From NCBI RefSeq assembly GCF_006345805.1, contig NC_043004.1, positions 50,902,001 through 50,966,000 of the forward strand: a stretch of 64,000 nt of DNA. Reading direction: 5' to 3'. This document shows, in pieces, positions 53,626 to 64,000 of this stretch. The position numbers and the translations under genes are program-made. Position 1 is the first letter of the stretch. The number at the start of each line of letters is the position of its first letter. The DNA comes from Octopus sinensis. Taxonomy: Eukaryota. The notes beneath the pieces were generated by a model, which saw only the letters and a program-made list of their open reading frames with translations, made no database searches and was not told the origin of the DNA.

Positions 53626-54142
53626 TGTGTGCGTGTGTGTGTATGTGTGTGTGTATTGGATCATACACCTGCACATGACGAAGCTTCTGCATAGACCTGC
53701 CTATAAGTATAGGCCTGCGTATGCCTAAAGGTCAAAGGAGATCACGTGGCTCGAAATGCTGTAGAACAGGATAAAAAAAGGTGTTTGGACTAAAATGATG
53801 TAACGGAAGGAAGCTACTCCGCGTGACTCGTCGGATGCGATGTTTACTGTTTTATTTGGCTTGGGATGATTAGGTGTCTGGAAACTTTCCATGACGGAAG
53901 TCCTTCTGTAGCAATAGGTAGATAATATTTCAAGTCTTCTGTTGCGTGATATCGCCGACAGCTCCAATGTTTGGAAATTTTGTTTCAGCAAAGCCTACAG
54001 TTTCGTGATCCGTTGAAATACGGAGTGGATCTATTGAAATATTCCATGTTATTGAAGAGACGTTGAGATACTTAAGTTAATGAATTTCCAACCAAACTGA
54101 GAAAAGGAATGAGTAAAGATGTTGATGGTACCCACCTTTTGA

Positions 54143-54490
54143 TACACTCGCCTCCTTATGAGAACTCAAAATCTCTCGTGGAAGCGCCATCCAACCAAAA
54201 TGCAAATATATGGGAAACTACCACCTGTGTCATCTCTTGGGAAAGGTAGGAGAGTCCAGTTTGCTGGACATTGTTGTAGAGCTGAAAAAGAAGTAATTTC
54301 TACTCTTCTCCTCTGGAAGCCATCTACTCGCAATACCAGAGGGCGCACACTCTCCTACCCTGATGTAATCTCCAGGGATACAGGCATCCAGCAACAGGAC
54401 CTCCGTAATGCTATGATGGACCGTGAAGTCTGGTGTAGCATGGTAAATTCCATTGTCTCGACCACGGTCGAACAATGATGATGATGATTG
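54143..54490 (+). mobile_element. RTE-group LINE 3' fragment, same family as 2424-2826
   Basis: ORF 54158-54478 nearly identical; (TGA)n tail. Confidence 0.85.
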
Positions 54491-54818
54491 ATATGTTCGC
54501 AATAAGCTCTGCATAAGCCTTTTCGATAGCTTAAAGGCGTATTGAAAATGTTCGGTGTACAACTCTTTTTGGAAAGTAATAATTCCCTGAGTGGGTGCAG
54601 GTAGACTGGATTAGACGTTTTTAAGTAAACTGATAAAATGATATTGGAGAACATCCTGACGTATGTTTTCAATTAATTCATATAATCTAAATTGTGTAAT
54701 CTGTGGAACTAATGTTGTCTAGAAAAGTTTGGCTAACTTTAATATTACGTACATTGAACAGTTTATTGTTTTCATGGGTTGAATGAAAGTGTTGCCTACG
54801 AGATCTCAGCACCATCAT

Positions 54819-55208
54819 GAATGGAAGCACTCCGTCGGTTACGACGATGAGGGTTCCCGTTGATCCGAATCAACGGAACAGCCTGCTCGTGAAATTAACG
54901 TGTAAGTGACTGAGCACTCCACAGACACGTGCACCCTTAACGTAGTTCTCAGGGATATTCAGCGTGACACAGAAAGTGACAAGACCGGCTCCTTGAAATA
55001 CAGGTACAACAGAAACAGGAAGTAAGAGTGGAGTGAGAGAAAGTTGAGGCTAAAGAGTACAACAGGGGTCGCCACCGCCCCCTGCCGGAGCCTCGTGGAG
55101 CTTTAGGTGTTTTCGCTCAATAAACACACACAACGCCCGGTCTGGGAATCGAAACCGCGATCCTCCGACCGCGAGTCCGCTGCCCTAACTACTGGGCCAT
55201 TGCGCCTC
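54819..55208 (-). mobile_element. SINE family C, full length, with 14-bp TSD
   Basis: CTCAGCACCATCAT at 54805-54818 and 55209-55222. Confidence 0.9.
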
Positions 55209-55835
55209 CTCAGCACCATCATAACTACTCATGAACACATTGAATAAAGAATCAAACCATCTTTTTGGCCCAATAAAATTTATTATGGTATAACATCAAC
55301 TTCATAACGTTCAGTGTTACCGTTATGACTAGACTACTAATCTTTTAAAATGTCCCCTGAAATACAAGGCCTTTCGATGGAGGGATTAGGATATAATGGG
55401 ATAAAAATCCACAAAGTCGAATTAGAGGAATTTTCAAACTATTTAGTTCTTAATGCTATGGAACTTCTTTGAGACAGCTAAACTGTAGTGCTAGTGTTAT
55501 ATGCTTGTAATACTTGTAATTCTGAGCTTAATAGTTTTGAGAATGTTGTTTACTAAATGTTTCCCAATTCGTTTTTGACAGGATTAACAAAAATTGGTCT
55601 TGTGATCGTTAAGAGTAATATAAGAGTGTATGATAAGGGTTATCTTCACGGTCTCCTATTTTTAGTCAGCAAACTAAGTCCTTCTTTTTGGTGTTGATGG
55701 TACTGTATGCAGTTGAGCTAGTGATTTGTTATTATTGTGTGTGTATGTTTGTGCATCTGTATGGTTTTTTATGTATGTGTTATTAATGTTGCCGGCCACA
55801 AAGTTTAGCGAGTGTGCTTGTGTTTTACTCCTATA

Positions 55836-56243
55836 TACTCTTTTACTCTTTTACTTGTTTCAGTCATTGACTGCGGCCATGCTGGAGCACCGCCTTTAGT
55901 CGAGCAAATCGACCCCGGGACTTATTCTTTTGTAAGCCCAGTACTTATTTTATCGGTCTCTTTTGCCGAACCGCTAAGTTACGGGGACGTAAACACACCA
56001 GCATCGGTTGTCAAGCAATGCTGGGGGACAAACACAGACACACAAACACACACACACACATATATATATACATATATACGACAGGCTTCTTTCAGTTTCC
56101 GTCTACCAAATCCACTCAAAAGGGATTGGTCGGCTCGGAGCTATAGCAGAAGACACTTGCCCAAGATGCCACGCAGTGGGACTGAACCCGGAACCATGTG
56201 GTTGGTTAGCAAGCTACTTACCACACAGCCACTCCTGCGCCTA
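55836..56243 (-). mobile_element. SINE family A
   Basis: Full-length family match. Confidence 0.85.
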
Positions 56244-56863
56244 TGTTCTTTGTTTTGTTTACATCACGTTGAAGAATTGTTTAAAGTACTTTTGAAAGTA
56301 TTGGTATCGTGCTGAAATTGTAGGTTATATTTTAGATTTTAAGTTTTGAAGATTCTTGGTTTGAGTTGAAGTATTTTTGCATTTTAAATGTTTGCAAATG
56401 TCCAGAATATCTCTTTCTTGCAGAAAAAGACTTTCAAACGGATCCGCTGAAGTTCACTTTCCGTTTCTTCAACATGAAGTACGATATACAACTTTCTGTG
56501 GCATTCATATGCAATTGCATCATATATATACACACAGGTGTGGCTGAGTGGTAAGAAGTTTGCTTCTCAACCACATAGTTCCGGATCCGATCTCACTACG
56601 TCGCACCTAGGACGAAGTCTTCCGCTATAACCCAAAAGCCTTTTGAGTGGATTTTGATAGCGGAAGTTGAAAGAAGCCCGTCGTGTGCGTGCGTACATGC
56701 GTACCTGCACGCGCGCGCATGTTTATCCCCCACCTCCACCACTTGACAACCGGTTTTGGCTTGTTTACGTTCCTGTAACTCACCGATTCGGCAAAAGCTT
56801 TCGATAGAATAAGTACTAGGCTTTAAAAAATATATATACTGGGATCGATTTGTTCGTCTAAGC

Positions 56864-56961
56864 CAATGGTTCTAAGCCTGGGTTCATGTGGCTATGAGAG
56901 TCCATTGGAATTAATGAGGAATCGAAGGGGTCCACAGGCAAAAAATGGTTAAGGACTACTC
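56864..56961. mobile_element. 98-bp hAT MITE inserted in an old family A SINE (56535-57025)
   Basis: 8-bp TSD GTCTAAGC at 56856-56863 and 56962-56969; degenerate TIR CAATGGTTCTAAGCC / GGTTAAGGACTACTC. Confidence 0.75.
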
Positions 56962-58068
56962 GTCTAAGCTCTCCAAGCGGTGCCGTTTAATGGCTGCTGT
57001 TTAATGACTGGAACAAGTAAAAGATAAAAGTATATATTAACAGTAAAGAATTCTAAATGTAAAGTATTTCTAGAGCTGCAGAAAGAGCTGAGGTCGCCGT
57101 GAGAGGTCAAAAGAGACTCTGGACCAAGAGGGAGCCTCTGTGTCGTCGTTCGACCCACAAGTTGTAGCAACCAAATCTCCCGCAAGCCATACCCTACCAC
57201 CTTTAAAAACAAAGCAAAGTGCATACCGTGCCACACCGCTTATCCGGAATATTGTGAAATACTGTGCAATATATATTGAGTAAACAGATCCTGTTCTTGA
57301 AGTTGGTTAATGTGCATATGGTGTTTTAAAAATATCTTGAATGTTTACTTTCTCTAGTGGATTGATAAAGGTTAAACATACTCTGCTGAAGAAGTGTTTT
57401 GATTTGTGTCTGTATCTGTTAAATAAAATCACGTTCTTTTCTCTTCTTCGTTTAATGTTCATCATATAAACATTACACTGTAAATGGTACATTATGATAT
57501 ATTTTAAGGATTTTAAGTGGATTAATAAATATCAAATAGACTCTGCTTTTGAAATTTATTAATTTGAATCTATTAAATACACTATATTTCTTTAATTTTC
57601 ATAGTTTATGTTATATTTTAGATATATATTTAGTGGTTAAGCTACAACTGTATTTAATTCTTTCTACTATATATATATAGCACAAGGCTCGAAATTTTGA
57701 GGGAGGAGGGCAAGTCGATTACATCGACTGTAGTGGTTGATTGATATTTATTTGATCGACCCTGAAAGGATGAAAGGCAAAGTCAACCTTGGCGGAATTT
57801 GCACTCAGAAAGTAAAGACGGACGAAATGCCACGAAACATTCTTACCGGAATGCTAAGGATGACAAATGCATTTAATAGAAAGATATTCAAATGAATGGT
57901 TTCGATGGAGTAGTAGATAGCCCTAAATGACAGGATGGTTATGGCTGGAGCGCTGCTCATCATTGGCTTGCTCGATAAGGGTTGACAGCCTCTGTTTTCA
58001 GGTCCAGAAAATACTCAGCTGTTATCATTTACCGGATCGAACGCTTCCTCTTTCCTGCAGAGCATATG

Positions 58069-58152
58069 AGAGGTCAACATGGTAAGAGGTCAACATGGCA
58101 AGAGGTCAACATGGCAAGAGGTCAACATGGCAAGGGGCCAGCATGGCAAGAG
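58069..58152. repeat. 16-bp minisatellite (AAGAGGTCAACATGGC), about 5 units
   Basis: Direct reading. Confidence 0.85.
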
Positions 58153-58672
58153 TACCTCAGCTGCTACTTGAGAGATGTTTAACATATCACAAGAAGGTAC
58201 GATGCATTTACGTGCCTGTGGACGCGGCATATCGAACATAGCTCTTACATGTTCTTTTTGCGAAGTTTTCGTATATCACTCGTTACTGCCTGTTTTTATC
58301 ACAATGTACTTTCAATGTTTTTCAGGAGAATTTACTTTAACTTTTTTATTTTTACAATAACATCCCGTCCACTGCAACAACAACGACCACTCTTGACTCT
58401 CAAGAGCTATGAGCCACATTGCAAGAGAATATTTATAATGGCGCTGAGGGTGAAAATTTCCCAATATCAATATTTTTTTCTGTAAAGGGACTCGATCTAG
58501 TGATAATGATGATCCATGGCGACTGGTACTGCCCCTGCCCGCTGCATAAGTCTGTCGGAACTCCTATTTGTGAGACACCGTATTAAAGCTGATCAACACA
58601 GATTATTTTATTTTGGGGGGGGGGGATGTACACCTTAAGTCTACATGCAGTTTACGGTCGCCGAAACATATA

Positions 58673-59088
58673 ACTCTTTTTACTCTTTTACTTGTTTCAG
58701 TCATTTAACTGCGGCCATGCTGGAGCACCGCCTTTAATCGAGCAACTCAACCCCGGGACTTATTCTTTTGTAAGCCCAGTACTTATTCTATCAGTCTTTT
58801 TTGCCGAACCGCTAAGTAACGGGGACATAAACACACCAGCATCGGTTGTCAAGCAATGCTGGGGGGACAAACACAGACACACAAACACACACACGCAAAT
58901 ATATATATATATATACATATATACGACAGGCTTCTTTCAGTTTCCGTCTACCAAATCCACTCACAAGGCTTTGGTCGGCCCGAGGCTATAGTAGAAGACA
59001 CTTGCCCAAGGTGCCACGCAGTGGGACTGAATCCGGAACCATGTGGTTGGTAAACAAGCTACTTACCACACAGCCACTCCTGCATCTA
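58673..59088 (-). mobile_element. SINE family A
   Basis: Full-length family match. Confidence 0.85.
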
Positions 59089-59291
59089 TGTAAATTTTTC
59101 TTTAAAAAATTGCAAGTAAATTGCGATAGAAACAGTAAGTGATGACAGTGACTTGCCAAAATTTCATAAAAGGAATATAAAAGTCTCCCTCATTAAGTCA
59201 CGTCTACATCTACCTAGCAGTACAGTACGTTCTGAGGACATGTTCAGTATTTCAGGAATAGCAGCTGAGGTACGTCGTTCGGGTGTAATAT

Positions 59292-59617
59292 CTCTTTCTA
59301 CTCCGCCGGTTACGACGACGAGGGTCCCAGCTGATACGATCAACGGAACAGCTTGCTCGTGAAATTAACGTGCAAATGGCTGAGCATTCCATAGACACGT
59401 GTACCCTTAACGTAGTTCTCGGGGATAATCAGCGTGACAGAGAGTGACAAGGCTGACCCTTTGAAATACAAGTACAACTCATTTTTGCCAGCTGAGTGGA
59501 CTGGAGCAACGTGAAATAAAGTGTCTTGCTCAAGGACACAACGCGTCGCCGGGAATCGAACTCACAACCTTACGATCATGAGCCGAATGCCCTAACCACT
59601 AAGCCACGCGCCCTCAC
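59292..59617 (-). mobile_element. tRNA-derived SINE sharing its 3' domain with family C but with a different head
   Basis: GAGGGCGCGTGGCTTAGTGGTTAGGGC head, GAGTTCGATTCCC B box; 3' part matches 19720-19880; GGGTGTA(A/T)TA on both flanks. Confidence 0.75.
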
Positions 59618-60435
59618 TTGGGTGTATTACACTCAGCAATGAACACTACTCAGAAGGTAATTCGGTGACTTGGATGTGGATGCATGAGAGCCAGCAGTTA
59701 CAGGCGAGCAATGCTATAATTGCTGACCATTAATGAGTTATACAAAAAGAACTGACGGGAAGAGGTAGCGTTGCTTCTGTGGATTCACTCGGACTATACG
59801 AGCCAATTGCGTTTTTGAGTTGTTACTTCTCGCTTCTATGGCAATTCACTTTCATTTTTTTTTTTTTTTTTTGCACATATTACAATACCATAATCCTGCT
59901 TTGCTAGTGACCTGTACAGAAAAAAATTACGGTAAGTGGTTGCATTGCTTCTGTGGATTCACACGGACTATATGAGGCAATTCCGTTTTTGAGCCATAAT
60001 TTCCGGTTTCTATTGCAATTCACTTTCATATTTCAAAATAATTTACTTACCCGTTTTTACGACAGAAAACTGCATTACCCCACTTTTACGACAGTAAACC
60101 CTCCCCTAGCGCGTGTCTTCCTGGTCTCACGATGTCAGTTTGTTTACATCACCATAAAATCTAGCGGTTCAGCAAAAGAAAAATGATAGAATGAATATCA
60201 GACTTTAAAAAAAAACAAAATATAAATAAGTACTGCGGTCGATTTGCTCGACCAAAATCCTGCAAGGTGACCACCCAGTTTGGCCGCAGTCCAGCAGCTT
60301 GGAACAAAACATTATGTGTGTGTGTGTGCCAAATGTAAATGCATTTTTTCTCAAGATGTCATCAAGTGTAAGAGTGACACACCGTCGCCAGTAACATTCC
60401 AGTTCGACTTACCACCAGCCAACGCTCTGCACACC

Positions 60436-60485
<50 letters not shown>

Positions 60486-60704
60486 ACAGATTTATTTATA
60501 CACAGCATCAACAGCACAACATACAGTTTATGCCGTGTGCATATTATTAAACAATGGATGCAGCGTTTGGATGAAAAGTGTGTATGTGTGTGTGTGTGTA
60601 GGTGCATGTGTACGCAGAATGACACACAGGCTCAGACACACTCACACATACACACATTTAGGTATATATATGCATTTGTGTATGTATGTGTGTGTATATA
60701 TATA

Positions 60705-60942
60705 TACTCTTTTACTCTTTTACTTGTTTCAGTCATTTGACTGCGGCCATGCTGTAGCACCGCCTTTAGTCGAGCAAATCGACCCCGGGACTTATTCTTT
60801 GTAAGCCCAGTACTTATTCTATCAGTTTCTTTTACCGAACCGCTAAGTAACAGGGACGTAAACACACACCAGCATCGGTTGTCAAGCAATGCTAGGGGGA
60901 CGAACACAAACACACAAACACACACACCACACACACACACAC

Positions 60943-60978
<36 letters not shown>

Positions 60979-60985
60979 ATATATA

Positions 60986-61016
<31 letters not shown>

Positions 61017-61189
61017 ATTATATATATACGACAGGCTTCTTTCAGTTTCCGTCTACAAAATCCACTCACAAGCATTGGTCGGCCCGGGCTATAGCAGAAG
61101 ACACTTGCCCAGATGCCACGCAGTGGGACTGAACCCGGAACCATGTGGTTGGTAACAAGCTACTTACCACACAGCCACTCCTGCGCCTA
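60705..61189 (-). mobile_element. SINE family A
   Basis: Full-length family match. Confidence 0.85.
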
Positions 61190-61206
61190 AACATATATAT
61201 ATAAAG

Positions 61207-61237
<31 letters not shown>

Positions 61238-61534
61238 TATATGATGTTTACAGGTTATATATATATAGTTCATAAGTGATAACGCACGAAACTCTCACCC
61301 GTTGAGTCACTCTGTTGCTTCTCCTAAATATTAATATAAAATATACACAGAGAGAGAGAGAGAGACAGAGACAGAGAGAGAGAGAGAGAGAGTGAGAGAG
61401 AGAGAAGAGAAGAGAGAAGAGAGAAGAGAGAGAGAGAAGAGAGAAGAGAAGAGAAGAAGAGAAGAGAGAGAAGAGAGAAGAGAAGAGAGACGAAAGAGAG
61501 CGAAAGATGTAATTACACGTTTATATATATATAT

Positions 61535-61591
<57 letters not shown>

Positions 61592-61902
61592 CGCAGGAGT
61601 GGCTGCGTGGTAAGTAACTTGCTTACCAACTCCATGGAAACCGGGAAACCGGGCCCATGCTTGGCTACGCTTTAAAAGGGCGCATTTATTATTTATTTTA
61701 TATATATATCTTCGAAACACGGAGTAGATGAAGCAGAGGCGATAGAAAAAAGGGGAATTTTCCCTGTGTTGTATGTCTTGTACTCTGTTTTTTTTCGTTG
61801 TTTAAAAAAATGTCCGTTTCCTTGGTTTTGTTTTTATGTTTTCGTTTCTCATTATGTTCGACGTTTTATTTTTGTGTCCTGTACCCATATATGCATGTAT
61901 TT

Positions 61903-64000
61903 CTCTCCATATAAACGGCAGTTTGTCTGTCTGTGTGTCTGTCAGGTTGTACCCTCACCCTAACGACGGTTTTCAACCGATTCTGATGAAACTTGACACA
62001 CACATAGCCCAATGTCATAATTCAAAACTAACGTAGCGAAAATTTTGAAAAGTTCCCCCAGTTCTGAAAAGAATCGATAAATTCGACATGGGGTCGAGAA
62101 TCTAAGCTTTTCATTGGCTACAGATTTTCTGTTGTAGTTTTCGCAACTTGCAATCGATTTTCACAAAACTCATGGTGAAGCTTAATATTACCATAAGAAA
62201 CTTAATTCTGAGGTTAGTTTTCCATGCAATACCTTACCATCAGAAAAAAATCGATAAAATCATGCCATTTTGGGAAATCGCGTTCAAATTCAAGATGACA
62301 TATTTTCGACAATATCTTTAACAAATTGGCAGGAATTTTTTTTTAAATTCACAGCGAGCATCATGTCTGCTCCAAGGAGCTATATGGCCCTTTTTATTCC
62401 TATAGGATACTTTATTACTGGAAAAAATCGGTTAATTAAATCATACGTGGCACACATAGCAAACCGATTTGTGTATTAAACACAAACCACAGACTGTCTA
62501 GGGGACGCAACTCGACCTTCTTTAGCTCTCTTACTCCCCCAAATAACTATCAAATAGCTATCGATAATTCAACCCACAGGAGGAAATCTAGACTTAATCT
62601 TCAAGGTATCCCACATACAAACCAAAGATTACATCGAAACCTCCAGACTAACCTAAGTTTTGGTGAACCAATTCCTACCAGGAAGAAATTACATTCGAGG
62701 ATTTACCCCCAACACCGCCACTTCAAGCAGTCAATGCTCTGGTGGCAAAGTGGACCTGCCACCCCCTACGGGAACCACCTCAACCGCTGAAGGATCTCGC
62801 GGCGGGTTTAACCCCCGAATCGTCACAATTCCTTGAAATCATTCGAAAGTACAACTGCTCATTCCAAATGACCTCTTTCGGGACCAAAATTCCTCCTAGA
62901 GAAGGTTGGATGCCTACTTTCAAAGTGCAGGGACAGGTCAACCATCTTATTGGGTCACTTCTGCCAGACGAGATTCAGCATCTTCTTTCCTCCAAATCTA
63001 CTTCATTGCCGACTACAACCAGCAGGTTGATGCACGCCTTGAATAATCCGGGTACATGCTATGTTCCCCGCAGAGACGTTCTTCTCCGTCTCCAAACCAT
63101 GCTTCATGATATCAACAGCTACGTCCGCAGCTTCAGGTATGCCTTGGACAGTGCTCCGTCTCCAGACTTCACCGTTGTCATTGATGCTGATAAACGACAC
63201 CACGGGGAGCACGAACGCCGTTTCAACGCACCTGCGTGCAACGAAATTGCCGCCGTCATACACGGAGAGCCGTGACATAATCATCTCGTCCCTTGGTAAC
63301 AGCCTATGCAGGATTAGGGAAACTCACAGATCTTATGACGCGCTTCAGTATCCATTGCTTTTCCCTTTTGGGGAAGACGGCTACCACTTCGCAATTCCTT
63401 TACGGCAGCCCTCCAATCAAACTACTGCGGCATCAAAGACGGTTTCCAGCAGGACGTTCTACTCATACCGGTTCATGGTCAGGGAGAGTGAGTTCAACTT
63501 ATTGCCCCGTTGTCGTCAGCTATTCAACCAGTTCGCCGTCGACATGGCCGCCAAAATGGAATCGGAAAGGCTGCTATACTTAACTTAATCAGACCAACTT
63601 CGCTCCGACTCCTACATTCATCTCCGTGACGGCTTGAAACAGAAAATGACCCTCGCAACATCGGCAAACCATGCATTCTACCCTCCACCTTCACGGGAGG
63701 ACCGCGATATATACGTGAGAGGACCCAAGACGCCTTGACCTACGTGCGCATTTATGGCCGGCAGGACCTCTTTATCACCTACACGTGCAATCCCAACTGC
63801 GACGAAATCACTCGCGAATTCCTCCCGGGTCAAGAGCTATTCTCGCACCCAAAAATACTACCGTCAACTCCATCAATAACCAGCTACTTGAAGCTATTCC
63901 TGGTGATGTCCACGTCTACAAATCTATAGATAGGACAGCAGACCCCGCCGAGCTTGCAGATTATCCTGTTGAATTCCTGAGTTCACTTGAACCGCCAGGC
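61903..64000 (+). mobile_element. Helitron: probable 5' end plus decayed Rep/helicase N-terminal region, running off the window
   Basis: RKYNCSFQMTSFG, FKVQGQVNHLIGSLLP, RRFNAP, HRSYDALQYPLLFPFGEDGYH, LFNQFAVDMAAKMESERL, ILPSTFTGGPRY, DLFITYTCNP; 5' TC..GTTTGTCTGTC..ACCGATTCTGATGAAACTTG. Confidence 0.9.

Noticed and set aside
53700-54110. Possible rosa-like transposase N-terminal remnant on the minus strand
   Set aside because: Motifs too eroded to assign by eye.
59740-60035. Diverged ~110-bp direct duplication about 175 bp apart
   Set aside because: Probably a neutral local tandem duplication; no structure or coding signal seen.
60340-60430. Possible host exon (GTAAGT donor-like site on the minus strand)
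   Set aside because: No supporting acceptor, frame or homology; needs RNA-seq.
61660-61730. CTAC..TTTAAAA-GGG..CTTC-GAAAC-AC-GGA-GTAG as a decayed U3:A8 hammerhead
   Set aside because: G5 and U16.1 are both lost; too degenerate to call.
61966-62000. CTGATGA followed by GAAAC-like sequence suggesting a hammerhead
   Set aside because: The two motifs overlap (CTGATGAAAC) with no stem II; it fits the common Helitron 5' subterminal motif.

Overview
Repeat-dense, AT-rich eukaryotic genomic DNA. The tRNA-derived SINE families and microsatellite load point to an octopus or other coleoid cephalopod (inference). No host protein-coding exon could be supported; most listed ORFs are microsatellite read-throughs. 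The window is a mosaic of three SINE families, LINE fragments (RTE, CR1, Tx1/L1, R4/Dong, Penelope-like GIY-YIG), DNA transposons (Chapaev3 with TIRs and TSD, Tc1, rosa, maT, two hAT MITEs), a Helitron and a 100-N gap. The main unexplained signal is about 20 type I hammerhead ribozyme (HHR) motifs from several unrelated non-coding repeat families, mostly inserted in (TA)n tracts. They include a near-identical 362-bp tandem array with one U3:A8-variant hammerhead per unit (retrozyme-like) and 399-bp and 488-bp terminally redundant units. The same U3:A8 core also follows a Penelope GIY-YIG ORF. An ORF1-only Tx1-like element appears to insert at a fixed 15-bp site in a SINE head. All structures were read by eye; none was computed or database-checked.
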